Of a stretch of DNA of 64,000 nucleotides, positions 27,030 through 36,690 are shown in pieces. A program made the position numbers and the translations under genes. Within the stretch, counting starts at the first letter, position 1; every line of letters starts with the position of its first letter. The notes below the pieces were generated by a model that searched no databases, was not told where the DNA came from, and was given only the letters and a program-made list of their open reading frames with translations. Origin of the DNA: Candidatus Latescibacterota bacterium (lineage in GTDB: Bacteria; Latescibacterota; UBA2968); NCBI GenBank assembly GCA_965222605.1, contig OZ244960.1, forward strand, positions 4,864,001 through 4,928,000, written 5' to 3'.

Positions 27030-27756
27030 AATATATGAAATCCGATTTGAATTTTTCAATGCAGTCGTGGCGCGTGCCTTCAAAGAGGTAGATTTTGCCA
27101 CGTATAGTCGCGGTTTCTCCAGGTTCGAGGGCACCTGCGCGAATTGACTGGTGCATGCAGCGCCAGGGGTTGTGACCTTGAACGGAGAGAAAGTCTGCCC
27201 AGGCTATGCCCGCTATCCATGTGCGATCTGTGGATTCGCGCATCAGAATGCCACCTGTGGCATTGGTGGGCGATGTGGGCCATTTGTCAGACCAGACGGT
27301 TTCGGTATCTATTGCGTTGCGATAGGTGTGGTTGTAGTGAATGTCGCGGTGGATGAGGGGGACCAGACCTTCTTCGGCGAGGAACCAGGTGCGCTCGTGG
27401 TCGTCGTCAAAAAATGTTTGGGTTTCGACGACTTCGGGCTGTTTGCCGGGGTTAAAGCAGGGGATGATCGCGGCAACTTCGGGCCAGGTGCGCTCGGTTT
27501 TGTTGGTGATAGAGAGCTGTAGGTTAGCCCCATTTTCACTGCCTGTGACATTGAGACGCAGACCGAGGTCGGGGTGTTCGAGGACACCCGCATTGTCGTC
27601 CAGTATTTTTTGCGGTACATGCGTGCCGCCCGTGTGCTGGCCCGGGTGTACAGCTTCAAACATGTTCCACTCGTAGAACCAGAGGTACATGGTCAAATCA
27701 TTTCGCCCCTCGGGCGAGAATGAAAATCCGCGTCGCCATTTATCTAATGTGATCAT
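27028..27756 (-). CDS. Hypothetical protein (beta-rich)
   Basis: 242-aa ORF filling the gap; no family recognised. Confidence 0.7.
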   Translation of the reverse strand: MITLDKWRRGFSFSPEGRNDLTMYLWFYEWNMFEAVHPGQHTGGTHVPQKILDDNAGVLEHPDLGLRLNVTGSENGANLQLSITNKTERTWPEVAAIIPCFNPGKQPEVVETQTFFDDDHERTWFLAEEGLVPLIHRDIHYNHTYRNAIDTETVWSDKWPTSPTNATGGILMRESTDRTWIAGIAWADFLSVQGHNPWRCMHQSIRAGALEPGETATIRGKIYLFEGTRHDCIEKFKSDFIY

Positions 27757-27863
27757 TCTTTAACTTTCAGCGGTCAGCAGTCAGCGGTTAGTCCCCGCTC
27801 AATTCCTCCGCCCTACGGGTTTCATCCTGCTCATCCTTTCATCCTGCTCATCCTGATCCCGAT

Positions 27864-28631
27864 TCAGATATTTTTCTTCATCCCATTGGGCATGAAAATT
27901 TCGTGGCGTTTGGGGTCGGAGTAGCCTTCGATTTCCATGTGGGTGACGCCGGGGCTTTCGATAGCGGCTTTGACAATGTGTTTGTTAAATGTGCTTACAA
28001 TTTCGCTGGATAGATACTCTGGGACGGGCAACCAGAGGCATTCTTCGATTTCTTCGGCTTGAATGGAAATGTCTTCGCTCAGGGGCGAGAGGCGGCAGAC
28101 AAAGTAGATGTCCGATTTGTCGTAGCGGTAGCCGTGCCAGTGCCGGAAGCAGACCAATTTTTCAAATTTTGTACGTACCCCGGTTTCTTCGAAGACCTCG
28201 CGCTGGACGCAGTCGGCGATGTGTTCGCCCGGGTGCAGGGCACCTCCGGGAAGTTTGTAGTAGGGCCTTGAGGAGCTTCGGTGCAATTCGCTGACGACGA
28301 GGAGTTCTTCGCGTTCGTTGATGGCGACCCCGCCCGCACCTATGTAATGCGTGGCGTATTCGGGTATGAAGGCATTGGATTCGAGTTGTTTGGTGAGTAT
28401 AAGGTAGTCTGTTCCCGAGTGGTGAAATGAAAATCCCGCTTGTGTTGCCACTGGAATGAGCACGGCTCGTTCAATGGGGATGTTGATCCAAATGAGCTTA
28501 AATGCCTCGCGTTTCCATTCGTGGAGAGACGCAGAAAGGCGCGTGCGAAATTCTTCGGGATCGTGCGGCAATGCTGTTGGATCCAGTTCAATACCCTGAA
28601 AGCGGTTTGGCGTAGCTTCGAGTATTTGCAT
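27864..28631 (-). CDS. NUDIX hydrolase (NUDT6-like, with N-terminal domain)
   Basis: KLPGG....GE.I..CVQREVFEETG; GF.FHH; FRHWH. Confidence 0.9.
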   Translation of the reverse strand: MQILEATPNRFQGIELDPTALPHDPEEFRTRLSASLHEWKREAFKLIWINIPIERAVLIPVATQAGFSFHHSGTDYLILTKQLESNAFIPEYATHYIGAGGVAINEREELLVVSELHRSSSRPYYKLPGGALHPGEHIADCVQREVFEETGVRTKFEKLVCFRHWHGYRYDKSDIYFVCRLSPLSEDISIQAEEIEECLWLPVPEYLSSEIVSTFNKHIVKAAIESPGVTHMEIEGYSDPKRHEIFMPNGMKKNI

Positions 28632-28869
28632 AAGTTACCTCATAGATCAGTGCAAACCTGTAAAATTCAAAACAAGTCAATAGTATCGGATAGGATGGTT
28701 GTGAACCGGCACATGGTAAGGAACATCACAAAGGTGAGCAAGGGGTTTGCGGTGGGCAGTTCTACTTGACAGCGGTCATGAGGACAATCATATTGAATGA
28801 AGTAAAAAATGATGCGCGAGATTGAAACAGTTGATGCGTCAGAGGCGTTAAAGGCGAGAGAGGGATAAC

Positions 28870-30066
28870 ATGGTGTCTATTTTTGAACAGTTGGGTGTAC
28901 GCACTATTGTCAATGCTGCCGGGCCTGTCACGCGCTTGAGCGGAGCGCGCATGGATGCAGATGTGATCGATGCCATGTGCGAGGCTGCGCAGGTGTGTGT
29001 GGATATTGCAGAGCTACAGGCGGGAGCAGGGCAGTTGATTGCCGAGGTGACAGGTGCCGAAGCCGGGTATGTGACATCGGGCGCTGCTGCAGGTCTGGTG
29101 CTTGCGACAGCGGCGTGTGTTACGGGTATGGATCCGGGGAAGATGAACCGATTGCCCGATACGTCTGGGATGAAAAATGAGGTGATTATGCCCCGATCTC
29201 ATCGCAATTTTTACGATCACGCGGTGCGTTCGGTGGGTGTGTCACTCATTGAAGTGGGCATTCCAGATCGGTTTAGTGGCGCGGGGGTGCGCGATACAGA
29301 GGCCTGGGAAATTGCTGATGCGATGACCGATCAGACCGCGGCGATTGTTTATGTGGCGCAGTCTTTCGCGCAACCGCCTTTGCCACAGGTGACGGCTGTG
29401 GCGCACAAACACGGGGTGCCCGTCATCATCGATGCTGCTGGGCAGTTGCCGCCAGCGGCAAATTTGAAGCGGTTTATCAGCGAAGGCGCCGATGCAGTTT
29501 GTTTTAGTGGTGGGAAAACCATTGGCGGGCCTCAAGGGGCGGGCATCTTGTGTGGTCGCCGCGATCTGATTTCCGCAGCCGCATTGCAGCATCTCGATCT
29601 GGATGTGTATTATGATTTGTGGGATCCTCCGCCTGCGTTGATCGATAAATCCGCGTTGCCAGGTGCGCCACAGCACGGAATTGGGCGACCGTGCAAGGTG
29701 GGGAAAGAGCAGATTGCGGGTCTGATGGTTGCGCTGCAAAAGTTTGTCGCAGAGAGCGACGAGGCGCGGCAGTCCCGCTGGTCGCAGTGCCTTCAGAATT
29801 TGGCAGACGCGATAGGTAATTTGCCTGGGTGCGATATTCGCATGGAAGCTTATCGCACAATACCCATTTTGCGGCTTGCGCTTTCTTCTGCGGAAAGAGG
29901 CGTGGAGGTGGCGCAACAGTTAATGGAAGGTGATCCGAGTATTCACATTAGCACGTCGAGCGTTTATGATGGCGTGCTGATTTTTAATCCCGTGTGTTTG
30001 TCAGAAGATATGATCAAACCGATTGCCGATCGGTTAAAAGCGTTAATTACGAGTTGCGATTCATGA
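28870..30066 (+). CDS. SelA/DgaE-like PLP-dependent enzyme
   Basis: VNAAG..T.LSG, VTSGAAAGL, IDAAG, FSGGKTIGGPQ, IGRPCKVGKE. Confidence 0.85.
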   Translation: MVSIFEQLGVRTIVNAAGPVTRLSGARMDADVIDAMCEAAQVCVDIAELQAGAGQLIAEVTGAEAGYVTSGAAAGLVLATAACVTGMDPGKMNRLPDTSGMKNEVIMPRSHRNFYDHAVRSVGVSLIEVGIPDRFSGAGVRDTEAWEIADAMTDQTAAIVYVAQSFAQPPLPQVTAVAHKHGVPVIIDAAGQLPPAANLKRFISEGADAVCFSGGKTIGGPQGAGILCGRRDLISAAALQHLDLDVYYDLWDPPPALIDKSALPGAPQHGIGRPCKVGKEQIAGLMVALQKFVAESDEARQSRWSQCLQNLADAIGNLPGCDIRMEAYRTIPILRLALSSAERGVEVAQQLMEGDPSIHISTSSVYDGVLIFNPVCLSEDMIKPIADRLKALITSCDS

Positions 30067-30135
30067 GCTTCCCAACCATTGTACGCAGGCTTTGCCTGAG
30101 CGTTGATTATCCGCATTTTACGAAGGAGGCGTGCC

Positions 30136-30816
30136 ATGGGTGTTATCACTATTTCGAGGGAATACGGCAGTGATGGACGTACTGTTGCTCGGAAGGTTGC
30201 AGAGGCACTGTCCTATCACAATATAGATAAAGAATTGCTTGTCGAGGTGGCGCAAAAAGCCAAAGTGCCCGTGTCAGAAGTTGAACGCTATGACGAAATA
30301 CCCGAACATCCCGCGCTGAGAATTTTGCGAAAATTTCTCACGCCTGGATACGCAGATACCTTGACGGGGTTGTCGGAATACGAGTGGTGGGCAGCGGCGA
30401 CTGTGCCCGAGTTGTCGGAGCACAGGGATCAGGCACTGATAACTATGGATGAAGAGGTGTATGCGAAGTTGACCGCAGAAGTGGAGATACAGTTAGCCGA
30501 TCAGGGCGATGTGGTTTTACTGGGCAGAGGCGGGCAGGCTGTGTTGAAAGATCGCGAAGATACATTGCATGTGCGCGTGGTGGCGACACAAAATTTTAAG
30601 CTGGATGTGGTGAAAGATCGCGATCAATTGACTAATGACGAGGATGCAATAAGGCGGATGAGAGAAGTGGATGAGCGCCGCAGGACGTATATCAAACGCC
30701 ATTATAAGGTGAATTGGGATAATCCACATCTATACTCTGTCATAGTGAATACCGGCTTTCTGGGTGTTGACGGGGCCGTAGATGCGATTGTTTGTGCTGC
30801 GCAGAATGTGCTGTGA
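30136..30816 (+). CDS. Cytidylate kinase-like family protein
   Basis: VITISREYGSDG; VLLGRGG; D..R..Y...HY...W..P..Y. Confidence 0.88.
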   Translation: MGVITISREYGSDGRTVARKVAEALSYHNIDKELLVEVAQKAKVPVSEVERYDEIPEHPALRILRKFLTPGYADTLTGLSEYEWWAAATVPELSEHRDQALITMDEEVYAKLTAEVEIQLADQGDVVLLGRGGQAVLKDREDTLHVRVVATQNFKLDVVKDRDQLTNDEDAIRRMREVDERRRTYIKRHYKVNWDNPHLYSVIVNTGFLGVDGAVDAIVCAAQNVL

Positions 30817-30821
30817 CCCTA

Positions 30822-32234
30822 TCAAAGCCCCATTTCGATATACGCCCGTGCAATTTTTTCTATGGCGATGACAAAAGCAGCTGTGCGTAAATCCGGCACG
30901 TTGTCGCGAGAATTGCGGATTTCACTCATGGTTTGATATGCAGTGCTCATGGTGTCTTCGAGGCCAGAGCGTACGAGGTCCAGTTCATCTGAGCCGTAAG
31001 AGAGCTTTGATTTGAGATGGTCGGGAACGGGTTTGCCAATCATTTCTTCCAGGGCATTGATGATTTGTGCGCCGCGATGTGCTTCGTGGCGTCTGTCGAG
31101 GCGTCCGAAGCGGATGTGTGAGAGGTTCTTTATCCATTCAAAATAAGAAACCGTGACGCCGCCCGCATTGAGGTAGGCGTCGGGTATGATGGTTTTTCCG
31201 GCTTCGCGCAATACGTTGTCAGCCATGTAAGTGACAGGGCCGTTGGCCGCTTCTGCAATTACGGGCGCTTTGATGCGTCTGGCATTTTCAAGTGTGATCT
31301 GACCTTCAATGGCGGCTGGTATGAGCACATCGCATTCTGCTTCGAGCAGGCTTTTGCCATTTGCGATATAGGTGGCTCCCGGAAAGTGTTTTAATGATCC
31401 GCGTTCCGCGCGATAAGCAGCGACTTCTTCAACTGAGAATCCCTTCTCTGACAGGATTGCTCCTTCGCGTTCAATAATGCCGATGATGCGCGCACCACCT
31501 TCTTCTTCGAGAAATTTGGTCGCGTGAAAACCCACATTGCCCAATCCTTGCACGATAATGCGTTTGTCTTCCAAATTGCCTTCCAGTCCCGCGTTTTTGA
31601 CGTCTTCTGAGTTATTAAAAAATTCTTTGATGCCGTAAAATACACCCCGCCCTGTTGCTTCAACGCGCCCCTGAATACCGCCCTGGGAAAAGGGTTTGCC
31701 CGTTGTGCAGGCAATGGCGTTGATGTCTTCGGGGTGCAGGGTGCTATAGGTGTCTGAGATCCAGGCCATTTCTCGTTCTCCGGTTCCCATGTCGGGTGCT
31801 GGGACGTTGAGGGCTGGATTGATATATCCCTTTTTGATCAATTCTTGTGCAAAACGTCGGGTAATGCGTTCGAGTTCATGCTCGTTGTATTCGCGGGGAT
31901 CAATGCATAGGCCACCTTTGGCACCGCCAAAGGGCACATCGACGATCGCGCATTTGTACGTCATGAGCGCGGCGAGTGCTTCCACGTCGTCCTGGCTGAC
32001 TGTGGGCGCGTAACGGATGCCTCCTTTAACGGGTAAGCGATGTTCGCTGTGAACCGAGCGCCATCCCGTGAAGATGCGGTAGCTGTCGCGGAATTTGACA
32101 AAAAAGCGCACCATGTAAATGTTGTTGTTGGTTTTGATCTGGGCGGCCAGTCCCAGAGGCAAATTGAGCGTTGCCGCTGCGCGGTCAAACATGAGGTCAA
32201 CGCTTTCTTTAAAGGTGGGTTCATGTGAGGCCAT
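30822..32234 (-). CDS. gdhA: Glu/Leu/Phe/Val (glutamate) dehydrogenase
   Basis: KGGIRY, VPFGGAKGG, PAPDMGT, QGLGNVG, EAANGP, NAGGVTVSYFEW. Confidence 0.93.
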   Translation of the reverse strand: MASHEPTFKESVDLMFDRAAATLNLPLGLAAQIKTNNNIYMVRFFVKFRDSYRIFTGWRSVHSEHRLPVKGGIRYAPTVSQDDVEALAALMTYKCAIVDVPFGGAKGGLCIDPREYNEHELERITRRFAQELIKKGYINPALNVPAPDMGTGEREMAWISDTYSTLHPEDINAIACTTGKPFSQGGIQGRVEATGRGVFYGIKEFFNNSEDVKNAGLEGNLEDKRIIVQGLGNVGFHATKFLEEEGGARIIGIIEREGAILSEKGFSVEEVAAYRAERGSLKHFPGATYIANGKSLLEAECDVLIPAAIEGQITLENARRIKAPVIAEAANGPVTYMADNVLREAGKTIIPDAYLNAGGVTVSYFEWIKNLSHIRFGRLDRRHEAHRGAQIINALEEMIGKPVPDHLKSKLSYGSDELDLVRSGLEDTMSTAYQTMSEIRNSRDNVPDLRTAAFVIAIEKIARAYIEMGL

Positions 32235-32276
32235 AAGTATTTCTCCGGAAAAGGTGGGATGTGGGATGAAGTTCTT

Positions 32277-33176
32277 TTACTCGCTTTTTAGCAGATGGCG
32301 CAGGGCAGGCTCAAGGTGGGGATGGGCAAAGGAAAAATTGGTGTTTTCGAGGCGCGAGGAGGTAACGCGGGTGCTTGCGAGCAGGAGGGCATCGGCCATT
32401 TCGCCCAGCGCGAGTTTGGCGGCAAATGCGGGTAGCGGAAAAATTGTTGGGCGAGATAAAACGCGACCGAGGGTTTTGGTAAATTCGCGGTTGGTGACAG
32501 GCGTTGGAGATACGGCGTTGATTGCACCACTGATGGATTCGTCGTCTATTGCAAAGAGGAATAGAGAGACCAGATCGTCAAGGGTGATCCAACTCATGTA
32601 CTGATTGCCCGATCCGATGATGCCGCCCAATCCCAATTTGAAGGGTACGAGCATTTTGCCAAGTGCTCCACCTGCGGGGGACAGAACGATGCCAATGCGC
32701 GGGTGAACGGTTCGTATGCCGGCTGCTGCTGCGGGTTTTGCGGCGTTTTCCCAGGCGATGGATACGTCGGGGAGAAAGCCTGATCCGGGCTGGCTATCTT
32801 CGGTGAGGATTTCGTCGTCGCGATTGCCGTAATAACCGATGGCGGAAGCGGAGATAAAGACTTTTGGCGGTGGAGATATAGTCGCGAGTGTCTGGGCGAG
32901 CAATGTGGTACCCTGCACGCGGCTGTCGCGGATGCGCGCCTTTTGTGCTGAGGTCCAGCGTCGAGAGGCGATGTTTTCTCCCGCGAGGTGTATGACCCCA
33001 TCTATATTGGTGAGGTGCGCGGAGTCAAGGGTATTAGAAGATGGGTCCCAGGTAATTTCACTGTTGTTGCGGGCATTGCGCCGGGTGAGAGATAAGACGC
33101 GATCCCCGCGCGTGCTCAGTGCGGTTTTAAGTGCCGAGCCGATGAGGCCAGAAGCACCGGATATCAGGATTTTCAT
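32277..33176 (-). CDS. TIGR01777-family NAD-dependent epimerase/oxidoreductase
   Basis: GASGLIG, HLAGENIA..RW, SASAIGYYG, GSG.QYMSWI. Confidence 0.92.
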   Translation of the reverse strand: MKILISGASGLIGSALKTALSTRGDRVLSLTRRNARNNSEITWDPSSNTLDSAHLTNIDGVIHLAGENIASRRWTSAQKARIRDSRVQGTTLLAQTLATISPPPKVFISASAIGYYGNRDDEILTEDSQPGSGFLPDVSIAWENAAKPAAAAGIRTVHPRIGIVLSPAGGALGKMLVPFKLGLGGIIGSGNQYMSWITLDDLVSLFLFAIDDESISGAINAVSPTPVTNREFTKTLGRVLSRPTIFPLPAFAAKLALGEMADALLLASTRVTSSRLENTNFSFAHPHLEPALRHLLKSE

Positions 33177-33182
33177 GACTGG

Positions 33183-33214
33183 GTACGGGCGGGTTTGAAA
33201 CCCGCCCCTCCTAT
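33183..33214 (-). repeat. REP-like palindrome
   Basis: Minus strand GGAGGGGCGGGTTTCAAACCCGCCCGTAC, a typical RAYT-associated REP shape. Confidence 0.65.
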
Positions 33215-33227
33215 TTTTCGAAACGGA

Positions 33228-33641
33228 TTACTGTTTATAGAGCATGAGATAGATGATGACGCCTGTAATTGAGACAAAAATCCAACTGGGCCAAACCCAC
33301 CGGGCCAGGCGGCGGTGGCGATCAAATTCGCCTTTGTAGGCTCGCCAGACAAGCGCGATGATAAAGGGCACATTGACGGCGGCGAGGATGATGTGCGGGA
33401 TGAGTATGGCAAAGTAGATCGGACGGGTCCAATCGCGGTGTGGATAGGGCACAGAGCCGACCTGACTGTGGTATATGAGATATGAGATCAGAAAGAGAGC
33501 CGATAAGGTCAACGCTGTGACCATGCATTTCTGATGCGTTTTGATGTCGCCGCGTTTGATATAGATGAATCCCAACAGAAGAAAGATGGTGCAAAATCCG
33601 TTGAGGATGGCGTTTGTCGCGGGCAAGTCTGTGATGGACAT
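33228..33641 (-). CDS. DUF420 membrane protein
   Basis: LP..NA.LN, H..CM, FL.SYL.YH, H..LARW..P.W..VS.TG. Confidence 0.9.
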   Translation of the reverse strand: MSITDLPATNAILNGFCTIFLLLGFIYIKRGDIKTHQKCMVTALTLSALFLISYLIYHSQVGSVPYPHRDWTRPIYFAILIPHIILAAVNVPFIIALVWRAYKGEFDRHRRLARWVWPSWIFVSITGVIIYLMLYKQ

Positions 33642-33649
33642 ATTTTGGT

Positions 33650-36223
33650 CTAACGTTTATCCAGTGCTTGTTCGATCAAGTGGAGGATATAGCCGGTGTG
33701 AGATTCGGTGCTTGCATCGGTTGTTTTTTTAGTTTTGAGCATGTTTTGTATGGCTTTGAGGTTGTGCAGTGCGATGGCGCGAGATGCATAGATCCGCTTG
33801 CTTTCGGGGGCGATGATTTTGGTGAGGCGATTGACGTATTCAGCCTGCAAGTTCTGACGGAAAGAATTGACCGGGCCTTCGGCTTCTGCCGCAAAAACGG
33901 CATCGGTCAAGTCGGCCATCATATCGGATAATGCGTATTCGTTGCCGTAGAGCGCGGTGTCGAGCAGGCGGACCTGGACCGTGGGGTGTAAGAGATGGCT
34001 GAAGACGCGTTGTTGAATGCCGATCACGCGGTCGTGAATTTTGGGGTCTTCTGGAGCGCGGGAGAAGTCGAATCCGCGTCGTTGTTCCTGCAAATGGTTA
34101 TAGAGGTCAGGCGGCATATCAAACGCATTGGGCGAGAGGACGTATTTGGCAAGTGCGTCCATCGCGCGTTTCTGATCTGCAAGGGCAACTGGCGTGAATG
34201 GCCGGGTTGCGCCGGGTTGGTCGATGACTGCGCGGTCAACGTAAATGCCGCCGATATAACGGGAGAGTACGGTTGCGGCATTGCGATGCTGGGCTGTGAG
34301 AATAAGATAGGCTGTTTTTAGTTCGTGATAGGTGTTGCCCGGCGTGTTGTACTTTGTGAGGATTTTGTTTTTGACGTCGTTTATCAGTTCAATCCGCCCC
34401 GTGGCATGGGCAATGGCATCGCTGCTGAGGTCGAAGATCATCACGCGCGGGTCAATGCCGCGATTCGACGAGCGCATGTCGTCGGCGTCATTGCCAAACA
34501 TGAGTTCTGGTTCTGTGGAGCGCGCGAGAATTTTTTCGAGGCGTTTTTGTTCATCTTTGACATTGTCTTGTCCCGGTGAATACCCAAATTCAATGGCCCA
34601 AATATCATAGGGACCAGGGCGTGTGGTGTAGTAATGGCCCTGTTTTTGCCCGGGCAATGCGAGGTTGACGGCTGGATAGTCCATGACCGAAGCTAAAAGG
34701 CCCATTTTGCCGGTTCGGTTTTTGTCGTGAAGTTGTGCCGGGGTGTGAAGTTGACTGGATTTCATGTTGTGGTTGAGACCGATCGTGTGGCCGATTTCGT
34801 GCAGGATGAGATAGTAGATGCTTTCTTTGAGCAGTGCTTCAACTTCAATTTTGGACGCGCCAGAAACGCGCAGGGCGTGGGTGCCAAAGAGGTTGGATGC
34901 GTGTAGCTCGTGGCCCATGGAACAGTATTGTGGCATGTCTGAGTCGGCATTGGGTGTCGCGTTGTCAAAGAGCTTGTCATAGCGCACGCGACTCGTGAGA
35001 AATGCAAATTCGAGCATGACGTCAGCACCCAATATTTGCCCGGTTCGCGGGTTGACAAAGCTCGGCCCATATCCGCCAAATGGTGGATTGGGCGATGAGG
35101 TCCAGCGCAGGACATTGTATCGGATATCGCCGGCTTCCCAATCGGCATCATCGGGCTGTTCTTTGACATGCACGGCATTTTTGAATCCAGCGGCTTCAAA
35201 GGCGATATTCCAGGCGAGAGCCGCTTTTTTGATGGTTGGACGCAATTCTTTCGGGGTGGTGTTTTCGATCCACCAGGTGATTGGTACGACTGGTTCGGAG
35301 CGTTTGGCTTTGGGCTCCCTTTTTTTCAAGTGCCAGCGGTGGATCAAATCGCGATAAGGCGTTGCGCTCCTGGAGGTCAGGTCGGTCACTTGCGTGCTGA
35401 AGTAACCGACGCGCGGGTCGTCAAATCGCGGTTGATAATCGTTTTTGGGCATTTCGATCAGCGTGTGTTGCAGGGTAATCGTCACATTGCGGGCATCGGT
35501 TATGCCGTCTCCACCGCCTTTGGGATTGGGATTTTCATAGGTGTAGGCGATAACGAAATCTGTGTTTTTGGGATAATTTTTGATAGATAGACATTTGGTT
35601 TTGATTTTGCTGAGTTTGCCCAGAGAGAAATTTTTGTTGTTCTGCGTTCGGTTGACGCGATGGAGGGCTTCAGAGAGGAAAATATCGTCGGCTTTGATGA
35701 GGATGTTGCCCGTGGAGTCATTGCGTGCCGCAATTTTTTCCGATACGAGAATAGAAGGGCTGATGTTGGCTTTTGCTGCGCGACTCAGGGCGTTTTTAGG
35801 GTCGAAATAATACGCGGTGTTTTCTGAGATAATTTCGATTTTGTCAAAGTGCTTTTGAATGGAAAGCACGCGACTGCCGCGATAGTTGCCCCTGTATGTT
35901 CTCGCTGATACGGGGGCGTTAACGGTGTGGGTGAAGTAGATGTATTCTTTGCCGATTTGCGATTCGCGGATTTGCAGTTGCAACGCACCTGTGGTCGTGT
36001 CTTCATAAACGGTGAAGAGACCGGGATACTTGCGGCTGGATTTGGTGAGGTCGGCAATGGTTTTCTTTTTTCCGTCCTTTTTTGGAGTTTCTCCTTTTGG
36101 AGTTTTTGTGGAATCTCGTTTGGCGACCTTTGTCGAATCCGCAGGTTGTTTTTCCTGCGCTTGAACAGAGAATGCGATTCCAAAGACAAGTGCGACTGCG
36201 ATTAGTAGGCGTTGAACATTCAC
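33650..36223 (-). CDS. Secreted zinc metalloprotease (DUF5117/DUF4953, EcxA-like)
   Basis: Signal peptide; PRFDDPRVGYF; HEIGHTIGLNHN; SVMDY Met-turn; GPYD.WAI..GY. Confidence 0.92.
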   Translation of the reverse strand: MNVQRLLIAVALVFGIAFSVQAQEKQPADSTKVAKRDSTKTPKGETPKKDGKKKTIADLTKSSRKYPGLFTVYEDTTTGALQLQIRESQIGKEYIYFTHTVNAPVSARTYRGNYRGSRVLSIQKHFDKIEIISENTAYYFDPKNALSRAAKANISPSILVSEKIAARNDSTGNILIKADDIFLSEALHRVNRTQNNKNFSLGKLSKIKTKCLSIKNYPKNTDFVIAYTYENPNPKGGGDGITDARNVTITLQHTLIEMPKNDYQPRFDDPRVGYFSTQVTDLTSRSATPYRDLIHRWHLKKREPKAKRSEPVVPITWWIENTTPKELRPTIKKAALAWNIAFEAAGFKNAVHVKEQPDDADWEAGDIRYNVLRWTSSPNPPFGGYGPSFVNPRTGQILGADVMLEFAFLTSRVRYDKLFDNATPNADSDMPQYCSMGHELHASNLFGTHALRVSGASKIEVEALLKESIYYLILHEIGHTIGLNHNMKSSQLHTPAQLHDKNRTGKMGLLASVMDYPAVNLALPGQKQGHYYTTRPGPYDIWAIEFGYSPGQDNVKDEQKRLEKILARSTEPELMFGNDADDMRSSNRGIDPRVMIFDLSSDAIAHATGRIELINDVKNKILTKYNTPGNTYHELKTAYLILTAQHRNAATVLSRYIGGIYVDRAVIDQPGATRPFTPVALADQKRAMDALAKYVLSPNAFDMPPDLYNHLQEQRRGFDFSRAPEDPKIHDRVIGIQQRVFSHLLHPTVQVRLLDTALYGNEYALSDMMADLTDAVFAAEAEGPVNSFRQNLQAEYVNRLTKIIAPESKRIYASRAIALHNLKAIQNMLKTKKTTDASTESHTGYILHLIEQALDKR

Positions 36224-36404
36224 GACCGTGTCTCCTTTTGGTTTTGTTCATTATGGATATCTTCGCTATACGAAATTACCTAATTGTTTTAAAAATTTCA
36301 AGTGTGTATATCGGCTATATGAGCTATCAATTGACATTATGTTTTTTTTACTTATCTTTTTCGTCCAAATTTTTGAAGGGTTTAAACCAATATTAGTACG
36401 AGGT

Positions 36405-36605
36405 ATGGCAATGGCAGAGGCGGGAAGCACCTGGTTGACGTCTAAGGAGATCGCGGATCGGTTGAGTAGTCGAAAAGCGAGAGAAGTGCAGGAAGATTTG
36501 CTCTATGGACGCCGAACGCGGCGTGAGATATTGGATCTGGTGATGGAAGCTGTGGGCTGCAATGAATATTCGGCAGAAGATTTTTTGCGTGAAATTGTGA
36601 AGTGA
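36405..36605 (+). CDS. Small hypothetical protein (66 aa)
   Basis: GAGG RBS before ATG 36405; helical, protein-like composition. Confidence 0.65.
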   Translation: MAMAEAGSTWLTSKEIADRLSSRKAREVQEDLLYGRRTRREILDLVMEAVGCNEYSAEDFLREIVK

Positions 36606-36690
36606 GTAAAGCTGACCGCTATTTGTGTTTGCCGCGTATCGAATCGTCAATACGCGGCACGATATTTTTTGACCTGTAGGGTACAACGCC

